Below are positions 56,877 to 64,000 of a stretch of 64,000 bases of DNA, one piece after another. Location of the stretch: the NCBI GenBank assembly GCA_017470005.1, contig JAFUFH010000037.1:26978-90977 (forward strand). Reading direction: 5' to 3'. The notes below the pieces were generated by a model, which saw only the letters and a program-made list of their open reading frames with translations, searched no databases and had not been told where the DNA came from. Origin of the DNA: Bacilli bacterium. GTDB lineage: Bacteria > Bacillota_I > Bacilli_A > RFN20 > CAG-288. Numbering within the stretch: position 1 is the first letter of the stretch; every line of letters starts with the position of its first letter. The translations under genes and the position numbers were made by a program.

Positions 56877-59800
56877 TTAATCGTTATCCGAATTTTCATT
56901 CGGTTTTCTCTTCAAATCGAAGATTAAGTTACAGACTTTGAATTCTCCATTGAACTGGAACACCTTAGAGAAATCGCCTTTACCAATCATAGAAGGTTTG
57001 AGATATTCTTGATTGATAGGAAGATTATCTAAGATGGTAGGACCGATATGAATACTTCTCTTAATGGTGGAATTGATCACCGCGAGATTCAGTTCATAAC
57101 GGATAGCTTTCAATTCAACATCTTTACTTTCTTTCAAAAGGTTTTCATAATCAAGATGTCTCTTAGAGAAGGGAACATTCACTTGATTCAAGATGATGAT
57201 AGCATTAACCTTATCTTTCTCTCTAAAGATACGACGATACGAATTGACTAATGTTGCATAATCTAACACTTCTTTATAAGCACCATCTAAGGAACCATCA
57301 AACGTTAAGAAAATAGAATCCGTTGTTCCTGCGTTGGTTTTCATCTCAATGAAGGATTTTGGACAACAACGTTTCACAGTTCTATCGACCAAATCGAAGA
57401 ATTCCATCAGATTTCTAGACTCAGCCTTTGTTGTTTTGACACCAGTAACCTTAATATATAAGTAAAGTAATGGTGAATTCTTTTCGATGTTATCTTTTGT
57501 CACTTGCAAGGCTAAATCAAAGTTATAAGGATCCGTGATAAAGTCTTTAGAGACAACAAGATATTTTTCTCCTTCTTTTTCTACCTGGAAAGCATGTCCA
57601 TTGCTTTCAAATTTCTCGTTTGGTTTAAAGTCTTTTAAAGAACGGTAGTTCGCAATCAATATATTATCGATATTTTCGATATCTTTTTCATTGAAAAGCA
57701 CATAATCCCAGCCGAAAGGAGAATCTTTATCACCAAAATTTTCAAGTCTTAAGTAACGTCCGGCAAAATCAGAGACTTCTTCTTTGTCTTCTCCAAAAAT
57801 TTCCGCATAGTAAGACAAAGCTTTATTTCTTCTATCTCTTTCTTTATTGATATGAGAGATATCCTCATCTCCAATCAATAAGAAGGCGGGTTCTGTAGCA
57901 ATAACATCCGGATCGGTATAATAAGGATCAAAATCTACTTTAGTAGATTCTTTTCTTTGCCAATTGCGATGATTGGCCATAACTTCTTTGATGCTATCTT
58001 CTTCCAGTTCTAATCCTTTTTCATTCATATAAGAGATGAAATCTTTATAGGTTTCAGGATTTCCGTTGTTTTCAAGATAGTAAGAATACCAGCGATAATA
58101 ATCTTTTTCGACCAAGAGATTTACTTTTTCTTCTTTATCATTCTTTTCTTGATCCGAATTCTTCTGATTGAGGAGAGAGATATCGATATCTTTTTGATTG
58201 ATGATCTTATAAAGCTCAGAAATCTTCTCGATATTTGCTTTATTCAATTGCTCAATCTGATTCTTTTCTTCTTCAGCAATTTGTTTGTTAGAAGAGAGAT
58301 TGCTAATCTTTTCTTTAGATTCATTCAATTGATTTTCTCTATTCTCAATCTCTTGATGCAATTCTTCGATTTCACGGTCTCTTTCACGGATTTCACCTTC
58401 GTGGAGAAGAGTGAGATTATAGTATTTAATCTGCAAATCTTGGAATTCTTCTCTCATCTTATTCTCTTGAGCGAACAATTGTTGATACTCGGTATCCATG
58501 ATCTCTTTTTGATCATCGGTAAACTGAGATTGAGCTTCCAAAGAATCGTATTCTTTTTGAATCTTTTCTTTTTCTTCTTTTAATTTGGCATGAAGTTCGT
58601 TGAGATTGGTCAATTCTTGATTGAGATTCTCATTTTCTTTACGAAGTTGATTAAGTTCTTCTTCGTTTTGTAAGGTATAAGCTTCTTGTTGTTGGTTTTC
58701 TTGTTGTTTTTGTAACTCAAAAGCATCTACTCTCTGTTGGAGTTCATTCTTTTCGTTAGAAAGATTCGAGATAATATCATCCTTTTCTTGAAGAATATTA
58801 TTCTTTTCTCCTTCTAATTTTTCATTTTCTTGTCTTAATTGAGCATTTTCTCTCTTTAAACTTTCAAATACTTGATAATTTTGTTGAGAAGTAGAGATAT
58901 TTTCTTCTAAATTTCTTTGTTTTTCTTCTTCTAAAGCAGCGACTCTTTGCTCTAATTGACTCTTTTCTTCTTTTAATTGAGCAATTTCTTTCTCGCTTTG
59001 TTCATCATGAATAGGAGTTTGTTCCATTTCATTGATCTGTTGAGAAAGTGTAATATTACTCTCTTTCACTACTTCACATTCAGAAATAGCAACATCTCTT
59101 TCGGATGTTAATGTTTCATTTCTTTCTTGTAGTTGTTGATTCTTTTCTTGTAATTCAACAATTTGTTTCTTCAAAGCTTCATTAGCTAAAAGTATCGATT
59201 GCATCTGTTCTTGGCTTCTATCTTCGACAGGCTGTGAAACAGGATTTTGTTTTGCTTCTTCTAATTCTTTTGTTAATTGTTCATTTTCATTTCTAGAAAC
59301 ATTCAAAGCTTGATTGATCTCAGAGAGATTCTCCATATCTGCTTTGATTTGAGTCTTTAATTTCTCAATCAATGTTTCTAATTCAAAGATCTTTTCTTTG
59401 GTCTTTCTTTCTTCCACAGAAAGAGTATCATCCGGGTTTTCTTCCTCTTCTTGATTCACAACCTTGATCTCCGTGTGATGAATCTCGGGTTGAGGAATTC
59501 CGTTTTCTTGAAGAATTTCAAACCTTTTTGATACGTCTTGATCAAAGATGGTTTTATCTTCCTCTTTTACTTCTTCCGGTTCTTTAAAAACTTCTTCAGC
59601 AGGAATTTCTTGTTGTTGACCTACTTCTTCAGTGGAGATTTCCTCTTGTTGTTCAACTTCTTCAACAGGTTCTTCATGAGCTTCTTCTAAAATCACTGTT
59701 TCTTCCGTAGGATTCTCTTGTTGTTCTTCAACAACTACTGTTTCTTCTACTGGAGCTTTTTCGGTAGGTTCTACGTGATTTTCTTGAACAACATTTTCTT

Positions 59801-60410
59801 GTTCTTGAACAGAGTTTTCTTCTGGTTCTTTCACGATATAAGTTTCTTGAATTGCTTCATTTCGATTTAAAACCACGTGAGAAGGTTCTAGTTTCTCTTC
59901 AATGTAACTAGGCTGTTTTTCCTCTTTTGTTTTTTGAATATAATCTTGATTGAGATTATCTTGGAACACTTTCTTTCTTATCTGATCAGGAGATACCATA
60001 TGGAAAGCATTCTTACTTTGATAATCTACCGTTGCGATAGAGTGAAGTCTATTCTTGTTGAATTCAGGATTCTGATTTTCTTCATTAGGATCCATATTGA
60101 TTGGATGATTTCTATCGGTGATGTCATAGATAGAAAAAGTCCCATATGTTTTTCCTCTTCTCACTTCAAAGGTGTTTTGACCAATCTTGAAGGTAGGTTT
60201 TCCTGCGCGGATACGAATGGTCGTCAAAGCACAACAAATCATATTGGTAGAAACATTGAGGAACGGTTTCTTCAAATCAATGTTCCATCCATAGGGAGAT
60301 TCAGTATTATTGAATTCTTCTCTCTTCATTGGATGTGAAGCAAAATCATATGCGATTTCTCTATCTTGAAATAATTGTTTCCATATTTCTAGAGCTTTTT
60401 CTCTTTCCAT
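56877..60410 (-). CDS. 1177-aa protein: two degenerate HNH-like modules, an acidic Pro/Glu/Val-rich region, a coiled coil of about 450 aa and an uncharacterised C-terminal domain
   Basis: AAAGGAG precedes ATG 60410. Module 1 is KALEIWKQLF..AYDFASH...YGWNIDLKKP; module 2 is KALSYYAEIFG..VSDFAGR...FGWDYVLFNE. A heptad-rich Glu/Lys/Gln/Asn region spans roughly residues 330-780. Confidence 0.65.
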   Translation of the reverse strand: MEREKALEIWKQLFQDREIAYDFASHPMKREEFNNTESPYGWNIDLKKPFLNVSTNMICCALTTIRIRAGKPTFKIGQNTFEVRRGKTYGTFSIYDITDRNHPINMDPNEENQNPEFNKNRLHSIATVDYQSKNAFHMVSPDQIRKKVFQDNLNQDYIQKTKEEKQPSYIEEKLEPSHVVLNRNEAIQETYIVKEPEENSVQEQENVVQENHVEPTEKAPVEETVVVEEQQENPTEETVILEEAHEEPVEEVEQQEEISTEEVGQQQEIPAEEVFKEPEEVKEEDKTIFDQDVSKRFEILQENGIPQPEIHHTEIKVVNQEEEENPDDTLSVEERKTKEKIFELETLIEKLKTQIKADMENLSEINQALNVSRNENEQLTKELEEAKQNPVSQPVEDRSQEQMQSILLANEALKKQIVELQEKNQQLQERNETLTSERDVAISECEVVKESNITLSQQINEMEQTPIHDEQSEKEIAQLKEEKSQLEQRVAALEEEKQRNLEENISTSQQNYQVFESLKRENAQLRQENEKLEGEKNNILQEKDDIISNLSNEKNELQQRVDAFELQKQQENQQQEAYTLQNEEELNQLRKENENLNQELTNLNELHAKLKEEKEKIQKEYDSLEAQSQFTDDQKEIMDTEYQQLFAQENKMREEFQDLQIKYYNLTLLHEGEIRERDREIEELHQEIENRENQLNESKEKISNLSSNKQIAEEEKNQIEQLNKANIEKISELYKIINQKDIDISLLNQKNSDQEKNDKEEKVNLLVEKDYYRWYSYYLENNGNPETYKDFISYMNEKGLELEEDSIKEVMANHRNWQRKESTKVDFDPYYTDPDVIATEPAFLLIGDEDISHINKERDRRNKALSYYAEIFGEDKEEVSDFAGRYLRLENFGDKDSPFGWDYVLFNEKDIENIDNILIANYRSLKDFKPNEKFESNGHAFQVEKEGEKYLVVSKDFITDPYNFDLALQVTKDNIEKNSPLLYLYIKVTGVKTTKAESRNLMEFFDLVDRTVKRCCPKSFIEMKTNAGTTDSIFLTFDGSLDGAYKEVLDYATLVNSYRRIFREKDKVNAIIILNQVNVPFSKRHLDYENLLKESKDVELKAIRYELNLAVINSTIKRSIHIGPTILDNLPINQEYLKPSMIGKGDFSKVFQFNGEFKVCNLIFDLKRKPNENSDND

Positions 60411-62185
60411 GATGAATCTCCTTTCTTTTGTACAGCTTTTTCTAATGCGTCATAGGCGTTTTGATTGAGTTTACACATCTCTTCTTTATCTACCTTGAGC
60501 ACTTTTCTATCATAAGTATATAGTCCGTTTTGTTCGGTCTCACAATCCGCAAGCTGTGTATAGATGATCATATTCAATCCATACTTATCAATTTGAGGAA
60601 TCAATTTATTGTTATATAAATCTTGTAGCTTGAGTAAAAGTTCTTCTTTGGTCTTGGCGTAACCATGGCCAAAGCATCCTTCAAAGTACGTGTTCTCTTC
60701 CACTCGTAAAGTGATACCACCAACTTCCGTGAATATGAAACATCTCTTCTTTTTATCGACTCTCTTCATTCCTGGATAGGAATAAGAATGGATTGAATAA
60801 AAATCAGAGTCGGAATCATACCAACCAGAAGCCGTATCATATAAATGGAAAGAATCTTCTTCTTTCAATTCATGATAAATACGAGAGGAATCAAATTGTC
60901 CCCAACCTTCATTGAAGATGGTGTAAATCAAAACAGAAGGATGATTGTGGAACATAGAAAGATATTCTCTACATTCTCTTTCAAATTCTTTTCTACCTTC
61001 CTCGTTCTCTCTCTTCATATTCTTATAATTGATATTCTTTTCGCTTAAGAAAGTGAATAATCTAGGAGCAACTGTGGCAACAAAGGAATAAGATTCTCCT
61101 CCGCAAGGGAAGTCTTGAATCAAAATCATTCCTTCTTTATCACAATAATAATAGAAGAGATCTAATTCTGTCTTGATATGTTTACGGATACAATTGAATC
61201 CTAATTCTTTGCTCTTTTGGATATCAAAAAGATAATCTTGGTAAGTGCGAGGAGTTAAGTTAGAAACAAAATAATATCCTTGATCCAATAAACCAGATAA
61301 GAAGATAGGTTCCTCATTCAATAAGATTCTCTTCTTTCCATCGATCTCTTTGATTTCAATCTTTCTCATACCAAAATAAGAAAGAACTTGATCATTCTCA
61401 TAAATGACTTTTACCGAATATAAATAAGGAGAGGAAGGAGACCATGGATGGAAGTCTTCTTTCAAAGAGATATATTCATTTTCGTTGGTATGAATCGTAT
61501 AAGGTTTACTATGGATATAAAGAGTAGCGACTCCTTTTTCTTTTGTCTTAACAAAAACCTTCACTCTCTTTTGATCATAGTCCGGAGTGAACTGGATATC
61601 TTCGATATAATATCTTCCTACCGATTCCATCCATATCGGTTTATAGACACCGCTAGAGGAAGAATAGAACCAACCATTCTGAGCATCCAATACTTGTTTA
61701 CCACGGCTGTGATAGGAAGTATCTGTCACATCTTTTACCTTTAAAATGAGATCAAATTCTTTTTCGATTCCAAAAGGAAGAAGAACAGAAAACGGAGTGT
61801 ATCCACCCATATGAGAAGCAACAATCATGCCATTGATATAGACTTCACAATATTGATCTACGCCTTCAAAGTGAATCATCGTATTCTCTTTTTGAAAGCC
61901 TTCTGGCATGACAATATGCTTGTGATAATAAAGAATATCATCGGGTTCCACCAAATAATTCACCCCAGAAGAAGCACTCTCTAAGGCGAAAGGAACCAAG
62001 ATTTTATGATCGTATGAAGTAGGAAGAGTCTCTTCTTTATTCCATGTTAAATCATAGCATCCATTCAAACAGAGATAAGAATCTCTCTTCAAAGAAGGAC
62101 GAGGATACTCACTCAAAGGGATCTCATCAAAATCCACTTTGACCTTTTCACGCTGAGAAAATAGATAACCTTTATTCTGTGGCAA
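60389..62185 (-). CDS. Glycoside hydrolase family 2 protein (specificity unknown)
   Basis: 598 aa. GH2 sugar-binding N-terminus and TIM-barrel region with IFNEGWGQFD. TTG start at 62185 preceded by AAAGGAG. Overlaps both neighbouring genes. Confidence 0.75.
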   Translation of the reverse strand: MPQNKGYLFSQREKVKVDFDEIPLSEYPRPSLKRDSYLCLNGCYDLTWNKEETLPTSYDHKILVPFALESASSGVNYLVEPDDILYYHKHIVMPEGFQKENTMIHFEGVDQYCEVYINGMIVASHMGGYTPFSVLLPFGIEKEFDLILKVKDVTDTSYHSRGKQVLDAQNGWFYSSSSGVYKPIWMESVGRYYIEDIQFTPDYDQKRVKVFVKTKEKGVATLYIHSKPYTIHTNENEYISLKEDFHPWSPSSPYLYSVKVIYENDQVLSYFGMRKIEIKEIDGKKRILLNEEPIFLSGLLDQGYYFVSNLTPRTYQDYLFDIQKSKELGFNCIRKHIKTELDLFYYYCDKEGMILIQDFPCGGESYSFVATVAPRLFTFLSEKNINYKNMKRENEEGRKEFERECREYLSMFHNHPSVLIYTIFNEGWGQFDSSRIYHELKEEDSFHLYDTASGWYDSDSDFYSIHSYSYPGMKRVDKKKRCFIFTEVGGITLRVEENTYFEGCFGHGYAKTKEELLLKLQDLYNNKLIPQIDKYGLNMIIYTQLADCETEQNGLYTYDRKVLKVDKEEMCKLNQNAYDALEKAVQKKGDSSWKEKKL

Positions 62186-63581
62186 TTTGTTTCTCCTTTT
62201 GATTCATACGGAAATAGAAGAGGATAGGAACGATAGCTAATAGTAATAATCCTAAGCCGACAAGGTAACCAAAACGGGTAGGGATGACAGCAGGATTACC
62301 ATAATCATCCACATATCCAGAACCCAAATTATTGTTTAGTGCATCTCCAATAAAAGGTCCAATGCACATCGGTAAAGCGACAACAAAGATCATTCTCACT
62401 CCCATGAAAGATCCTTCTTTTCCGGCAGGAATCTTTTCTTTTACTAGAGCGTTAACAATCGTAGGAACACCAACATAACCAGTGATCATGATCGTACCAG
62501 CAATAGCAGCATAGATCGTGCGAGCCATATCTTGAGCAATCTCTGTGATGAAGAACATCAAGAAGATACCGATACCGAATACTAAGAACACAGGAAGGAT
62601 CATCTTGTTCTTACCAAACTTATCCGATAAGAAACCAAAGATGACAGAAGCCACAGATCCTAACACCAAGGCTAAAGCCATGACGATAGCAAAGGGAGTT
62701 AAGAAGCTGCTTCCGGTATTGGCGATATTACAAGTTCTTTGTAAATAAATCATCAAATAAGGGAAGAAGACTTGGTTGGCGGTGGCGTAGACAAAATAAA
62801 TCAAGAAGACAAGATACAAAGATTTATTCTGCTTGATGGTGGAAGGTAAGAACCCTTGTGTGACTGTCTTTAGATAACTTTGCTTTTCTCTTTCTAATCC
62901 TTTATCTTCCTTCTCTTTCGGAATCAAGAAGAAAGAGAGGATACCCATGAACATGACAAGAGCACCGATAAGATAGAAGAAAATATCCCATTGTGCATCG
63001 TGAACTCCTTCTTGGCTATCGACCGTAAAACCATTCAAAATCACAAAGATAAGAAGCATCGCAACCAGAGGTAAAATCTCTAAAACCCCTTCGACTTTTC
63101 CTTTATTATCATTGGAAATATTCTTGGTGACATAACTAGAAAAAGCGGCATCATTACTGGTGGAACCAAAGAAAGTCATCACGCAGTCTAGAATCACTAC
63201 CCAGATGGCAGCCATAGTAGAAGTCATGGCAATCGGTAATAATTCTCGAGAAGAGTTGACATTGAAAAGACCAAAGGCAGCGGTAGAGATACCCCATAAC
63301 ATATAACCGATAGAAATGAAGTATTTTCTCTTTCCTACCTTATCTGTCAAAGCACCCATCAATATGGTAGTCAAGGTGGCAACAATGGCGCTTGCGGCAG
63401 TGGTGATAGCGATGATGGTGGAATAATTCTCAATTCCTTGACCCGCTGGAGAGGAGAAATTGAGATATGCGATGTAAGTATTCAAATACATGTTCTCAAT
63501 CGACCAAGCCATCTGACCAGCAAAGCCGATAAGAATCACGAATAACCACATGCGGATTCCTAAAGAATTTTCTTTCTTCAT
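62172..63581 (-). CDS. MFS/GPH-like glycoside transporter
   Basis: 469 aa with 12 predicted TM. 14-nt overlap with the GH2 gene. Confidence 0.75.
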   Translation of the reverse strand: MKKENSLGIRMWLFVILIGFAGQMAWSIENMYLNTYIAYLNFSSPAGQGIENYSTIIAITTAASAIVATLTTILMGALTDKVGKRKYFISIGYMLWGISTAAFGLFNVNSSRELLPIAMTSTMAAIWVVILDCVMTFFGSTSNDAAFSSYVTKNISNDNKGKVEGVLEILPLVAMLLIFVILNGFTVDSQEGVHDAQWDIFFYLIGALVMFMGILSFFLIPKEKEDKGLEREKQSYLKTVTQGFLPSTIKQNKSLYLVFLIYFVYATANQVFFPYLMIYLQRTCNIANTGSSFLTPFAIVMALALVLGSVASVIFGFLSDKFGKNKMILPVFLVFGIGIFLMFFITEIAQDMARTIYAAIAGTIMITGYVGVPTIVNALVKEKIPAGKEGSFMGVRMIFVVALPMCIGPFIGDALNNNLGSGYVDDYGNPAVIPTRFGYLVGLGLLLLAIVPILFYFRMNQKEKQIATE

Positions 63582-63604
63582 TTTCGTTTCCTTTTGTTGT
63601 TAAA

Positions 63605-63630
63605 ACAGTCCACTTAGAAAAATGGACTGT
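63605..63630 (-). terminator. Hairpin/terminator after dnaN
   Basis: Minus strand ACAGTCCA-10 nt-TGGACTGT followed by TTTAACAAC. The T-tract is short. Confidence 0.5.
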
Positions 63631-63639
63631 CTTCATTCA

Positions 63640-64000
63640 TTAGATCGTGGAAGCAAGTCGGATAGGTGTGACAATTTGAGTGTTGTTAGGATTATCGTTC
63701 TTGAGCATGAACATTCTTGTCGGAGAAGCGAAGACAAAGGTCACTTCTTCAGAACGCAATGCTTTCACGGCATCTAAAACAAATTCAACATTGAAGCCAA
63801 TTTCAAACACATTGACTTCTTCTGGAAGAGTGACAACGACTTTCTTCAACTGTTCTTGAGAGTTACCGAAGTTTGCATTTCTAGCAGAAAGAGTCACTCC
63901 ATTTTCCTTATGAAGAGTGAATTTCACAAGGGAGTTTCTATCTTCCACAGAAGAGATGATTCTCACTCTCTCTGCAGCGGATAAGAATTCTTCACGATTC
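63640..64000 (-). CDS. dnaN: DNA polymerase III beta sliding clamp, C-terminal part (gene continues beyond the right edge)
   Basis: The frame stays open upstream of the ORF-track GTG (…NREEFLSAAERVRIISSVEDRNSLVKF…). The ending ...FVFASPTRMFMLKNDN...IVTPIRL is typical of clamp domain III. Confidence 0.8.
   Translation of the reverse strand, partial: NREEFLSAAERVRIISSVEDRNSLVKFTLHKENGVTLSARNANFGNSQEQLKKVVVTLPEEVNVFEIGFNVEFVLDAVKALRSEEVTFVFASPTRMFMLKNDNPNNTQIVTPIRLASTI

Noticed and set aside
1-64000. UGA-as-Trp (code 4) recoding, given the Mollicutes-like features.
   Set aside because: Conserved genes are full length with the standard code, TGG is used for conserved Trp, and several genes end in TGA at sensible positions (rnpA, oppB, oppC).
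1-64000. Mobile elements, prophage, CRISPR arrays, tRNA/rRNA genes, and known defence or toxin-antitoxin modules.
   Set aside because: I found no integrase, transposase, recombinase or reverse-transcriptase motifs, no regularly spaced direct repeats, no tRNA-like T-arm (GGTTCGAATCC-type) sequences and no long terminal or inverted repeats bracketing any block. The HTH at 9799 is paired with a DUF308 membrane protein, not with a toxin-like gene.

Overview
AT-rich chromosomal segment from a low-GC Firmicutes/Mollicutes-like bacterium. It uses the standard genetic code: conserved genes such as metG, mnmE and the opp genes contain no in-frame TGA. I call about 55 protein genes, mostly housekeeping. 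Left to right they are: a guanine-riboswitch-controlled BMP-lipoprotein nucleoside ABC importer, ferritin, metG, rpmG-secE-nusG, pdxK, guanine deaminase, rpmH-rnpA-yidC-jag, plsX plus the fatty-acid kinase pair (DegV/FakB and FakA), an alpha-galactosidase with a GPH symporter, mnmE-tatD-rnmV-rsmA, an InhA-like (M6) lipoprotein protease, an orphan 964-aa protein translationally coupled to a CPBP protease and lgt, and rpmE. A peptide-acquisition cluster of about 20 kb follows: two paralogous Big_2 lipoproteins, an architecturally expanded oppABCDF, a 1406-aa S8 cell-envelope-type protease and pepT. The window ends with a 1177-aa coiled-coil protein inside an MFS-GH2-pepT operon and the 3' end of dnaN. 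I found no rRNA, tRNA, CRISPR array, transposase, integrase or phage genes. The items most worth follow-up are: (1) a Cys-containing C-terminal tripartite signal on the S8 protease, read together with the overlapping CPBP-protease/Lgt gene pair; (2) two very large proteins that look like catalytically dead relatives of an SF1 helicase-nuclease and of an HNH nuclease; (3) a roughly 200-nt multi-helix candidate ncRNA downstream of oppF; (4) a shared cre-like 14-mer upstream of four transcription units of the proteolytic cluster; (5) unusual domain insertions in every Opp subunit. All family assignments come from reading the motifs by eye, with no database search.
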